A stretch of 64,000 bases of DNA from NCBI GenBank assembly GCA_963674945.2, contig CAXXWQ010000002.1, positions 256,001 through 320,000 on the forward strand, written 5' to 3'. The position numbers were made by a program, and so were the translations under genes. Of the stretch, positions 20,375 through 29,485 are shown piece after piece. This DNA is from an uncultured Desulfosarcina sp. (GTDB taxonomy: Bacteria > Desulfobacterota > Desulfobacteria > Desulfobacterales > Desulfosarcinaceae). Each line of letters begins with the position of its first letter. Position 1 is the first letter of the stretch. A model generated the notes under the pieces. That model saw nothing but the letters and a program-made list of their open reading frames with translations. It made no database searches and was not told where the DNA came from.

Positions 20375-20782
20375 ATGAAACAAACAAGATTAAGCCCATG
20401 GGCATTTATCGCCGTCTGCCTGGTCCTGATGCTGACGGCCGCCGGCGTCGCCGCGGCCCAACCGCTGGATTTTAAGGTCATTGCCGGGAAATGGGCCCGC
20501 ATCGACGGCAGTTACACCCTGCAGGTCGAAGATATCACGTCCCAAGGCGCGGTAAACGTGCGCTACTTCAATCCCGGCGAAATCCATGTGGCCCAAAGCC
20601 AAGCCGGCACCCAGGAGGGCCGGATCAGGCTGTTCGTCAAACTGCAGGACAAGGGCTACCCGGGCTGCACCTACACCCTCTTCTATTATCCCGAACAGGA
20701 CGCACTGGCCGGCGTGTACTATCAGGCGGCTGTGGGGCAGACGTATGAGGTGATATTCGTCAGGCCGGGAGTAAAAAAATGA
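20375..20782 (+). CDS. Secreted hypothetical protein
   Basis: Signal peptide; GKWARIDG.Y...YFNP..IHV...LQDKGYPG.TYTL; stop overlaps the next ATG. Confidence 0.75.
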   Translation: MKQTRLSPWAFIAVCLVLMLTAAGVAAAQPLDFKVIAGKWARIDGSYTLQVEDITSQGAVNVRYFNPGEIHVAQSQAGTQEGRIRLFVKLQDKGYPGCTYTLFYYPEQDALAGVYYQAAVGQTYEVIFVRPGVKK

Positions 20783-21714
20783 GAATGGCAGCTTTTGTCG
20801 GCAGTGCCCTATGCATCGCCATGCTGCTGGTGTCCTGCATGAAGCAGGCAACGCCGCCTCCCGGTGCGCAAACCGGAGGCATTGAAGGCATCCAGTGGTA
20901 TCTGACGGAGGTGGGCGGGTCGCCGGTATCGCCGATGGCAGATGATAAGCAGCCCCACATTCTGCTGGATCCGGCAGAGAACCAGGCGACGGGTTTTGCG
21001 GGGTGCAACAACTTCTTCGACAGGTACGAACTTAACGGGTCTTTGCTGGCATTCGGCCCAATGGGCGCAACCCGCATGGCATGCCCGGATCTGGAGACGG
21101 GTCTGCAAACAAGCGTTTTTGATGCGCTGGAAAGGACCCGCAAATGGAAAATCGAGGGCGGGGATCTGCTGCTTCTCGATGCCGATGCCGTTCTTGCCCG
21201 CTTTAGTCAGGAGAAATACATATCCCTTGTCGGGTCGGTGCTCGCCGCGCAAAGCAAGGACGGCGCGACCGACGTTTCACAAACCTACCGGACCAAAACC
21301 GGCAAGACCATCGTCGTATCGGAAACCCACCCCGCCGGCCGGAGCCTCGGCACCATCGAGGTCAGCACCGAGGGCTTCGAGCACAATTACGGGGAAGTGT
21401 TCGAGGACCGGGACCCCATTTCGGATATCTTCACGGCGGATCTGGACGGCAACGGCTTCGACGAGATCTACATCGTCACCACGGGGGCGGGTTCCGGCAG
21501 CTATGGCACCGTCCTGGGGTTCGCCTCGAACAAGGACAAGAGCCTCTCCATGATCCATTTCCCCGAAGTGCGGGAAGGCGACTATCCCGTGTCACAGATC
21601 GACCTGCTGCCGGAGAATCAGTGCCATGAGGCGGCCTGTTCTATCGGTGACGCAGAAATATTTGGAAACGTCTGGAAAGTTTTCAGACCAGGAGAAGTTG
21701 CTCAGGTACTTTAA
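20779..21714 (+). CDS. META (HslJ-like) lipoprotein fused to a truncated PliI-like domain
   Basis: LVSC lipobox, GFAGCNNF, TRMACP; then DLDGNGFDEIYI...GSGSYG...NKDKSLSMIHFP. Confidence 0.7.
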   Translation: MRMAAFVGSALCIAMLLVSCMKQATPPPGAQTGGIEGIQWYLTEVGGSPVSPMADDKQPHILLDPAENQATGFAGCNNFFDRYELNGSLLAFGPMGATRMACPDLETGLQTSVFDALERTRKWKIEGGDLLLLDADAVLARFSQEKYISLVGSVLAAQSKDGATDVSQTYRTKTGKTIVVSETHPAGRSLGTIEVSTEGFEHNYGEVFEDRDPISDIFTADLDGNGFDEIYIVTTGAGSGSYGTVLGFASNKDKSLSMIHFPEVREGDYPVSQIDLLPENQCHEAACSIGDAEIFGNVWKVFRPGEVAQVL

Positions 21715-21741
21715 TCTGATCATTTAAAGAAGGAGGAAATT

Positions 21742-22152
21742 ATGTTTAAAGCGTTGGGTATGTTGACGGCATTGGCGGCAGCAATGATGTTTTCAACAAC
21801 GGCTTTTGCCACGGACCCCTTGACCGAAACCGTTAAAAATGGATGCAAAGCAGAACTGGAAAGCTACTGCAAGGGGGTTACCCCCGGCGAGGGACGGGTG
21901 CTGGCCTGCCTTTACGCTCACGGGGATAAATTGAGCGCAAAATGCGAATTTGCCCTGTTTGACGCCGCGGTCCTGCTTGACCGGGCGGTCTCCGCCCTGG
22001 CTTATGCGGCCTACGAATGTGAAGACGACCTGGAGAAGTATTGCGCCGACGTGCCCGTGGGTGAAGGGCGTTTGCTGGACTGCATCACAAAAAACAAGAA
22101 AAAGGTCAGCAAACGCTGCCTGGATGCGCTGACCGAGACGGGATTGAAGTAA
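21742..22152 (+). CDS. Secreted cysteine-rich repeat protein (GLG1-type repeats)
   Basis: Two repeats of C..(E/D)LE.YC..V..GEGR.L.C.......S..C; AAGGAGG RBS. Confidence 0.85.
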   Translation: MFKALGMLTALAAAMMFSTTAFATDPLTETVKNGCKAELESYCKGVTPGEGRVLACLYAHGDKLSAKCEFALFDAAVLLDRAVSALAYAAYECEDDLEKYCADVPVGEGRLLDCITKNKKKVSKRCLDALTETGLK

Positions 22153-22223
22153 AGTCCCGGGTCTATCGGGCCCAGCCTTGGGTTTCCCTGGAAGGGGCGA
22201 TGCACTGCGTTCACGGAATGCCA

Positions 22224-22345
22224 CAGGAGTCAGAAGCCAGTATTCAGGAGACAGAATGAATCCGATGTCGCTTCGCTCCATCGATCGGATAATATGGATC
22301 GAGCCGAAGGCGAATCCTGCTTCTGGATTCTGACTCCTGGATTCT
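22224..22345. repeat. Family B inverted-repeat element with heptamer-built arms
   Basis: CAGGAGTCAGAAGCCAG ... GATGTCGCTTCGCTCC ... GAGCCGAAGGCGA ... CTGGATTCTGACTCCTG; reverse-oriented copies at 48161 and 57846. Confidence 0.8.
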
Positions 22346-22439
22346 TGTAGTATTCATACAGCAAAGCCAATGAACGCTGATCTGGCCCAGGGGATCAGGT
22401 TTTCCACACCTTACCTGCTTTATAAAAAGGTTTGCCATC

Positions 22440-22664
22440 ATGCTCACCCGCTTTGGTTTCATCTGCAACGTGCACTGGCACAGTGACGTGGTCCAAGGGC
22501 GTTTCATGGGCGCTGCCGTTGTCGCACGACTGCACGCCGATCCCCAGTTTTGCGCGGATTTACAGGCGGCCAGGGCCGACTATGCCAAGGTTCTCGAAAA
22601 AGGCCTTTCGCCCACAAGGGATTGCCGGGCGGAGGCCCAGGCACTGGAGCACCGGGATCCTTGA
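22440..22664 (+). pseudogene. C-terminal relic of a class A (PAP2, PhoN/PhoC-like) acid phosphatase
   Basis: ICNVHWHSDV..GR.MGAAVVARLH.DP.F.ADL.AAR (third PAP2 motif) without the upstream motifs. Confidence 0.7.
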
Positions 22665-22756
22665 AATTGTTTTATTTTCTGTCTGCATCTCGACGTCGTC
22701 AAACGCAGGACTTCTTTGTGGGCCGGAATTTTGTTGGATCTCAAAAGGATTAGAAC

Positions 22757-23842
22757 ATGATGCGAATTTACCTACTGTTTTCCTTGCTTCTCTGTTTTTT
22801 ATTGAGTTTTCCCACAAGCGCCAGGGCGGAAGAAGAAACGGCCAAGATTGATCGAGGAAAAAACTTCGCCTTTGCTCCCATCGTTATCTCCAATCCCAAT
22901 ATCGGCAGCGGCCTGGGAGCGGCGGGAATGTATTTCTTCGACATCGGCGATTGGCGCGAGGAGGATCCCCGGTCCAGCGTTCAGGCGATAGGGGCGTACA
23001 CCAACACCGACTCCTATTTTTATGGACTGCTGAGCAGCCTGTACCTTAATAATGACAGTATTCGTGGCAATTTCGGCATTTTCCAGGCGACCGTCAACAA
23101 CGAATACGATATTCCCTGGGGCGGTGAGGCCAAATTTTCCACGGGAGCCCTGGCCGTGTTGGGTCTGCTCACTTATCAGGTATGGGATAATGTTTTTATC
23201 GGCGGGCAAGCGTTGGTGATCGACGTCAACTATGATCCCGACACCCCCGCCGATGGTGATTACCTGGAATTGGTGGGAGCGGAGGATTCCACAACGACGG
23301 GTGTCGGGCCGGTGATCAGTTACGACACGCGGGACAATGTCAACTACCCCTCCGCCGGAACCCTGGTCGAACTCAAAGGGTACTATAAACCCGAGGCCTG
23401 GGGCAATGAAGCGAATTATGCCGTGGGCGATCTGGCCGCGAACCACTTTATCGGCCTCACCGAGACGCACATCCTGGCCCTGCGCGCCTATGGCCGCACC
23501 GGTACGGAAGACACGCCCTACTCGGACAAATCCCGCCTGGGGCAACAGAGCGATTTGAGAGGATTCAAATCCGGCGAGGTTTCCGGCCGCACGCTGCTAT
23601 CCGGCCAGGTGGAAATCAGGTGGCAATTTACCGAGAAAATCGGTTTCGTGGCCTTTGCCGGCCTGGCCAAACTGTGGGATGACGAATTGGAGGACCTGAT
23701 CACCGAGGACCTTTACTACAGCGGCGGCGTTGGCTTTCGGTATATGCTCAACCCCGATCAGAAGATCAACTTCCGCATCGATGCGGCCGTGGGCAATGAC
23801 GATAACGAGGGGATATATGTCGGTATTCAGGAGGCATTTTAG
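22757..23842 (+). CDS. Omp85/BamA-TamA-family beta-barrel without POTRA domains
   Basis: Signal peptide, YDTRDN..YP, LRGF, GVGFRY, NFRIDAAVG, terminal IQEAF. Confidence 0.82.
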   Translation: MMRIYLLFSLLLCFLLSFPTSARAEEETAKIDRGKNFAFAPIVISNPNIGSGLGAAGMYFFDIGDWREEDPRSSVQAIGAYTNTDSYFYGLLSSLYLNNDSIRGNFGIFQATVNNEYDIPWGGEAKFSTGALAVLGLLTYQVWDNVFIGGQALVIDVNYDPDTPADGDYLELVGAEDSTTTGVGPVISYDTRDNVNYPSAGTLVELKGYYKPEAWGNEANYAVGDLAANHFIGLTETHILALRAYGRTGTEDTPYSDKSRLGQQSDLRGFKSGEVSGRTLLSGQVEIRWQFTEKIGFVAFAGLAKLWDDELEDLITEDLYYSGGVGFRYMLNPDQKINFRIDAAVGNDDNEGIYVGIQEAF

Positions 23843-23984
23843 ATCGTTTTTGAAAACCCTGTCTAAGCTCCGCTACCGGCGTTGGAAACTATCTCAAAAT
23901 GCTCACATATTACATATATGCTCCGCTTTTGAGCTATTTTCCGCCTTGTTATCGGACCTGATCCAGAGCTTTCAAAAACGATCT
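23841..23984. repeat. Family C MITE-like element (144 bp, perfect 15-bp terminal inverted repeat)
   Basis: AGATCGTTTTTGAAA (23841-23855) and TTTCAAAAACGATCT (23970-23984). Confidence 0.75.
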
Positions 23985-24021
23985 TCGAAAAGAACAAATG
24001 TGAGTATTTTAGGAGGATAAA

Positions 24022-24804
24022 ATGATTTGCCTTACAAGGAAAACAGTTTCAGCGTGGATGGGATCGATGCTTGTTGTTTTTCTTCTTGCCTTACCGGTCC
24101 ATGCAGAATCCGGCGGCAACGACAAGTGGCAGTTTCACATCGCACCCTATGGTTGGCTGTGCGGACAAAAAGGAGACATCGCGACCCAGCCGGGATTGCC
24201 GGCCTCGGATGTGGATGTCGATTTTTATGATGACATCGCCGGTAACATCAACAGTTCCTTTTCCCTGATTGGCGAGGCCCGCAAGGGTCGATATGGCGTC
24301 GTGGTCGACATCGATTATTCGGATATCGAGGACGATGAAGCAACTCCCGGCCCGCTTTATTCGAGCCTCGCTGTCCAGACAAAATCCTGGATTGTCTCCA
24401 CGGCGGGCATTTATCGGCTGATCCAAAAGGACCGTGCCTTTCTGGATGCCATGGTCGGTTTGCGGTATTGGTCCGTGGATTCCACCTATAAATTGGGTGC
24501 GGGCATATTACAGGGGAGAGAATTGTCCAACACGGAGGATTGGGTGGATCCCGTCATCGGCATCAAGGGACTGATGCCCCTGGGAAATTCAAAGTTTTTC
24601 ATAAATGGGGTGCTGACCATCGGTGGATTCGGCGTCGGTTCGCGCTTCATGTGGGACGCAATGATCAACCTGGGGTACCAATGGACAAAAATGTTCGCCA
24701 CCACCGTCGGATACCGCTACATGGCCGTTGATTACGATGATGACGATTTTTTGTATGATGTTTCGCAAGATGGCTTGATTCTTGGGTTGTCCTGGCGATT
24801 CTAA
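24022..24804 (+). CDS. Outer-membrane beta-barrel protein, unknown function
   Basis: Signal peptide, WQFHIAPYGW, WVDPVIG, GGFGVGS, terminal LSWRF. Confidence 0.8.
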   Translation: MICLTRKTVSAWMGSMLVVFLLALPVHAESGGNDKWQFHIAPYGWLCGQKGDIATQPGLPASDVDVDFYDDIAGNINSSFSLIGEARKGRYGVVVDIDYSDIEDDEATPGPLYSSLAVQTKSWIVSTAGIYRLIQKDRAFLDAMVGLRYWSVDSTYKLGAGILQGRELSNTEDWVDPVIGIKGLMPLGNSKFFINGVLTIGGFGVGSRFMWDAMINLGYQWTKMFATTVGYRYMAVDYDDDDFLYDVSQDGLILGLSWRF

Positions 24805-24833
24805 CCAATTTATTACCAGAGGAAGGATTAAAA

Positions 24834-25667
24834 ATGAGAAATGCGATAGCGATCATCACTTCTCTTCTTGCTCTTTTGATCATCCTTGCACCTGCAGGAG
24901 TTGCCCTGGCGGAAAACACACGACGTGGTGAGGACGCCGAACTTGCCCAGGAACTGACCAATCCCGTGGCGGAACTGATGACGATTCCGATTCAAATGAC
25001 CTACGATTCCGACATCGGCGTGAACGACGACGGCTGGCGGCTGCAAACCAATCTTCAGCCGGTGATCCCCTTTAATTTGAATGCCGACTGGAACCTGATC
25101 ACGCGAACGATTCTGCCCATCACCCATCAGGACGAGATCGTACCGGGAACCGGCTCCCAGTTCGGCCTGGGCGACCTGAGCCTGAGCCTGTTTTTCTCTC
25201 CCGACGACCCCTCGCCCGGCGGTTTCATCTGGGGCATCGGTCCCATATTGATGCTGCCCACGGCCACCGATGACCTTCTCGGAACGGAAAAATGGTCCGC
25301 AGGGCCTGCGCTGGTGGCCCTGACCATACGCGGACCCTGGACAATCGGGATGCTTGCCAACCACAACTGGTCCTATGCCGGCAACAGCGATCGCCAGGAC
25401 ATCAACGTTACCTTCTTGCAGCCCTTCGTGGCGTTTACCACACCCGGCGCCTATACGATTGCATTCCAGCTGGAAAGCACCTATGACTGGGAGTCCGAGA
25501 ACTGGTCCGTGCCGATCACCGGCTCTATTGCAAAGATCGTTCGCCTGGGGAAAATGCCGGTGAGCCTGCAGGCCGGCGTAGGGTATTGGGCCGATTCGCC
25601 GGAAACCGGCCCCGAAGGCTTTCGCTTTCGGCTCCAGGCCAATTTCGTGCTGCCCAAATTCTTTTAA
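24834..25667 (+). CDS. Outer-membrane transporter-like beta-barrel (often auto-annotated as neuromedin U or transporter)
   Basis: LAQELTNPVA, QPVIPF, GLGD, PTATDDLLGTEKWSAGP; aromatic C-terminus. Confidence 0.78.
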   Translation: MRNAIAIITSLLALLIILAPAGVALAENTRRGEDAELAQELTNPVAELMTIPIQMTYDSDIGVNDDGWRLQTNLQPVIPFNLNADWNLITRTILPITHQDEIVPGTGSQFGLGDLSLSLFFSPDDPSPGGFIWGIGPILMLPTATDDLLGTEKWSAGPALVALTIRGPWTIGMLANHNWSYAGNSDRQDINVTFLQPFVAFTTPGAYTIAFQLESTYDWESENWSVPITGSIAKIVRLGKMPVSLQAGVGYWADSPETGPEGFRFRLQANFVLPKFF

Positions 25668-25698
25668 TCGTATCTGAATGTAAGGACGGAAGTGTCTG

Positions 25699-27042
25699 AT
25701 GATGGGTGAGAACTTGACGATAAACAAACAACTGAATACTGTTTTTGGGGTGCTGCTGATTTCCTTTCTCATGCTCATCGGCCACGATGTGCGTTGTGAG
25801 GAGAAGACACCCGAACGACAAAATGTCCATGCACCCGAAAAGTGGGGCATCGCCATGGGGATCCGTTCGGCATCGATTCCGTTCGATGCCGACAAAAGTG
25901 CGGTAAACGACGTCGTGCCCTTGATTTTTTACAAGAACGGCAGGCTGTTTGTCGATGGCCTCGAATTCGGGTACAGGCTTTTCCAAACCGAAAAATGGCA
26001 ACTGAGTCCCTTTGCCAGATATCGGTTTTTCGATATTCCCAAGGAGTATCAGAACGAGATCCGTGAATCCGGGTTGGATCTGGGGGGGCAGTTCAGATAT
26101 CATTTTACGGACTGGTTCCATACGGACCTCGAGGTGCTGAGCGATCAAAGCGGGCGATTCTACGCAAATCTGACACCCGGTTTTGAAGTAGAAAGAGAAA
26201 ACTGGGAGTTCAGGCCCCATGTGCGGTTTCGTTGGAAAAGCGCCGATTTCAACGACCGCTATTATGGCCTGGAAAGAGAAGAACCGGGAAGCGCAATGGA
26301 CGTCCAGATCGCCGTGGACATCCGCTTTCACGTGTGGCGAAACCTGTACCTTTTAGGAAGGGGCAGTATTCTCTTTCTGGATAGCGATACCCGAGACGTC
26401 TCTTTTGTCGATGATTCCACACAAGCCGAGGGGTTTGTGGGATTCGGATTTTTCGATGACAAAGAAAATCCCGTAACCACGCTGGCATCCAAACCCTATG
26501 TTCGTCTGGCCCATGGGTGGGGAACCGAATCCAATCTGGGCGAAATCATGAGCGGGAATACAGAGAGCGACCCCTACAACAATCAGCTCTCCTCTGTCTT
26601 TTTCGGCGTTCCCCTGGCCGATGAACTGTTTAGCCTGCCCATCGCCACCTATCTGACGCCCGGCATTGTCCATCACCATTCATCGGATGTGCAGGACCGG
26701 TCCACCGAATACGTTCTGGCGGTCAAACTCTACTACACGATCAAATGGCCCACGCCGTGGCGGTTGGGTTTTGCCGAAGGCTTGTCATATGTTGACAGGA
26801 TCCCCTACCTGGAAGAAAAAGACATGGTGGAAAAGGGATACAGGCCCAGCCAGCTTCTGAATTTCCTGGACTTCTCCCTAGACTTGAGCCTGGGACACCT
26901 TTTTCGCGTAGACTGGATGGAAGAGTTGTGGCTGGGATACAGCATCCACCATCGCTCCGGGATCTATTCGAAATCTTCTGCCTTCGGACGAATCTCCGGT
27001 GGCAGCAACTACAATACGGTATATCTACAGTATCATTGGTAA
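25699..27042 (+). CDS. MipA/OmpV family outer-membrane protein with an extra C-terminal barrel-like region
   Basis: VPLIFYKNGRLFVDG, FNDRYYGL; C-terminal IHHRSG...GGSNYNTVYLQYHW. Confidence 0.75.
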   Translation: MMGENLTINKQLNTVFGVLLISFLMLIGHDVRCEEKTPERQNVHAPEKWGIAMGIRSASIPFDADKSAVNDVVPLIFYKNGRLFVDGLEFGYRLFQTEKWQLSPFARYRFFDIPKEYQNEIRESGLDLGGQFRYHFTDWFHTDLEVLSDQSGRFYANLTPGFEVERENWEFRPHVRFRWKSADFNDRYYGLEREEPGSAMDVQIAVDIRFHVWRNLYLLGRGSILFLDSDTRDVSFVDDSTQAEGFVGFGFFDDKENPVTTLASKPYVRLAHGWGTESNLGEIMSGNTESDPYNNQLSSVFFGVPLADELFSLPIATYLTPGIVHHHSSDVQDRSTEYVLAVKLYYTIKWPTPWRLGFAEGLSYVDRIPYLEEKDMVEKGYRPSQLLNFLDFSLDLSLGHLFRVDWMEELWLGYSIHHRSGIYSKSSAFGRISGGSNYNTVYLQYHW

Positions 27043-27076
27043 TTCGACTATAAACCCAACCAGTAGGGGCTTTGCG

Positions 27077-28156
27077 ATGAAAACATCGGTTGTATTCACG
27101 GAGAGACGTCGCCATCGGTATCTGGCGAACCGGATCATTTGGCTCCTGACATTGAGTATTCTGGTCGTCGCGCTAAACGGTTGTGCGACAATGAAAGAAA
27201 AGTTCACGTCGAGCACCAAGGCGAATATCGGTCTGTTCACCGATAACACCATTGCCATGCTAAGCGATTTGCAGTTGGATATTTCCCGAAATGAAACCAT
27301 AATCACCCGGCGCTTTTTAGACCCGTCAGAACCGGAAGAGCAGAATATGATGGCCCTTGCGGATCAGACACGAAAGGGAATCGGCAGGATTGCAAAATAT
27401 TCGATCACACTCGTCTCATTGGCCGAATCCTCCGGAAGCGAACAGGAGAAGGTGGATTCCTATGCAGACTTTATCGCCTCTTTCAAATCCAGTGTGGTGG
27501 AACGGCTGGATTTGGAGCCGCAGCACTATGATGACCTGATTGAAGAGATCCGTGAGCAGACCGACTTTCTGTCAGCCCTGCAGACAGCCCAACCGATCAT
27601 CAACGGGGCAGTGATGGCGGGCATCATGCGCCTCGGCGAACTCAGCAGGGCGATTGGGGTTTTGGCGGAGAAGATCGATGGTAAGATCGAGGCCGAATAC
27701 GTTGATATCATTCGCTACCAGCAGAAGCTGGAAGACGAGAAGTTTCTTATTCTAGGTGCCTTCGAAACCATCTACGATGCCTATCGCACCGATGATCCAA
27801 ATCTGAGCAAATTATCGGAAAACGGTGTGATCTGGGTGCCGGAGATCGTTCCCAAGGGCCGGGCGACACGAAAAGAGCTGCAGGCCATCGCCGTTCATTT
27901 ACAAAACCGTATGGACGCCATGCACAAAGTCCAGCAGGAGATTCAGCCGGATTGGGAAGAGTACCGAAGTGCACTGCGGGAGGTGGATCGTGTGACGACT
28001 GCCGCCGTGGAGCGGATCAACCAAATCCGACTGATTTTACTCGTATGGGTCCGTGCCCACCAGAAGATGGCATCCGGTATCGTCGAACCGGCCGAGTGGT
28101 TCGATGTCAACGATACCCCACGCCAGCTGATCAACCTTGGGATGAAAGCATTGTAA
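27077..28156 (+). CDS. Hypothetical helical lipoprotein
   Basis: Lipobox LNGC after a hydrophobic stretch; long open frame. Confidence 0.72.
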   Translation: MKTSVVFTERRRHRYLANRIIWLLTLSILVVALNGCATMKEKFTSSTKANIGLFTDNTIAMLSDLQLDISRNETIITRRFLDPSEPEEQNMMALADQTRKGIGRIAKYSITLVSLAESSGSEQEKVDSYADFIASFKSSVVERLDLEPQHYDDLIEEIREQTDFLSALQTAQPIINGAVMAGIMRLGELSRAIGVLAEKIDGKIEAEYVDIIRYQQKLEDEKFLILGAFETIYDAYRTDDPNLSKLSENGVIWVPEIVPKGRATRKELQAIAVHLQNRMDAMHKVQQEIQPDWEEYRSALREVDRVTTAAVERINQIRLILLVWVRAHQKMASGIVEPAEWFDVNDTPRQLINLGMKAL

Positions 28157-28170
28157 AAGGATTTATCGAC

Positions 28171-29205
28171 ATGTACAACAATGACTCCCACTCAAAATCA
28201 AAACACTATCTGCGAACAGCCCTTGAGATGATCGGCAAACATGGACTTTCTCCGGAACCGATGATTTACCATGTCTGGTATGAATATGCCGCAGGACAAA
28301 ATGAAACGCTCAATGCAGCCATTGATCGATACCTTCAAGAAAATAAACGCCTGTCCGAAAATATTCTTCACCAGATCTATAATCAGCACATTGCAGACGG
28401 TGAGCAAAAAATCACATCGTTGGTCAAAAAACAGCTGAAAACGGTACTCACTGAAATTATCGAGACAATCACATCCGCCGACAATCATTTCACCGGGTCG
28501 AGTGAAAACCTGACCGCCATTCAGAAATCCATCGACCTTATTTTGTCAGAAACGGATCTGGAAGCGATCATCGGCAATATTAAAAAAGAGATAAGCGGTC
28601 TCAAGTCGACGAATGATGCGTTCAGAGAACAGCTTCAACAGGCAAGTGAAAAAATATCCGAACTAAATGAAAAGCTGGCCCAATATCACGAGCAAGCCCA
28701 TAAAGATGCGTTGACCAGATTGGACAATCGCCGTTCCTTCGAAAAAAAACTGGTCGCGGCAATTGTTGAATCCGACAATGCGGCAGACGCTGTCTGCCTG
28801 ATTCTTGCCGACATCGATCACTTCAAGAAGATCAACGACACACACGGCCATCTGGTCGGCGACAAAGTTCTCAAAATGGTGGCGGCCACCATCAAAGAGT
28901 CGGTCAAGGGACGGGACACGGTTGCCCGGGTCGGTGGCGAAGAGTTTGCCATTCTCTTAACCGGTACACCAATCGAAGGTGCCGTGAAAGTGGCCAATGA
29001 TATTCGATCTGCATTCGAGCGTCTGGATTTGAAAAAGCGAAACACCGGCGAAAGGATAGGCCAAATTACGCTCTCTTTCGGAGTTGCCCGCTATCATTCC
29101 GGTGAAGATGTGAAAGACTTCATAAACAGGGCGGATGTGGCATTGTATCAGTCGAAAGAAAATGGCCGAAATCGGGTAACCGTCCAACCCATGAATCAAA
29201 ATTGA
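28171..29205 (+). CDS. Cytoplasmic diguanylate cyclase (GGDEF domain)
   Basis: DALTRLDNRR, DIDHFKKINDTHGHLVGD, RVGGEEF, RADVALYQSKENGRNRV. Confidence 0.92.
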   Translation: MYNNDSHSKSKHYLRTALEMIGKHGLSPEPMIYHVWYEYAAGQNETLNAAIDRYLQENKRLSENILHQIYNQHIADGEQKITSLVKKQLKTVLTEIIETITSADNHFTGSSENLTAIQKSIDLILSETDLEAIIGNIKKEISGLKSTNDAFREQLQQASEKISELNEKLAQYHEQAHKDALTRLDNRRSFEKKLVAAIVESDNAADAVCLILADIDHFKKINDTHGHLVGDKVLKMVAATIKESVKGRDTVARVGGEEFAILLTGTPIEGAVKVANDIRSAFERLDLKKRNTGERIGQITLSFGVARYHSGEDVKDFINRADVALYQSKENGRNRVTVQPMNQN

Positions 29206-29294
29206 CGGCTTCGTAAAAAATCCGATATCGGCGTTACGCTTCATCCTTCGTCACTGCGACGTATCCTAAATACGCCTCATGTCATGATTCGCAC
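29203..29294. repeat. Family A element, right end truncated
   Basis: TGACGGCTTCGTAAAAAATCCGATATCGGCGTTACGCTTCATCCTTCGTCACTGCG closely matches 8365-8425. Confidence 0.8.
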
Positions 29295-29485
29295 GATTGT
29301 AACAAACTGTTACGATATAGTTACCCAAATTCAATAAAGTCTACTCATATAAGGGGCAAAAAGAATACTATGATAGTCCCGTTTGATCGATCAAACCAGG
29401 AGGAGTTGTATATCGCCGGGCGAAATCCATAGCCGGATGCCGATGTGACGGTGCACTCGGGACAATTTTTTCATGCAGGAGAACG

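Noticed and set aside
12904..28156. Integron cassette array (many co-oriented genes, TAAC after some stops)
   Set aside because: Most spacers are too short for attC, no paired R boxes are seen, and there is no integrase.
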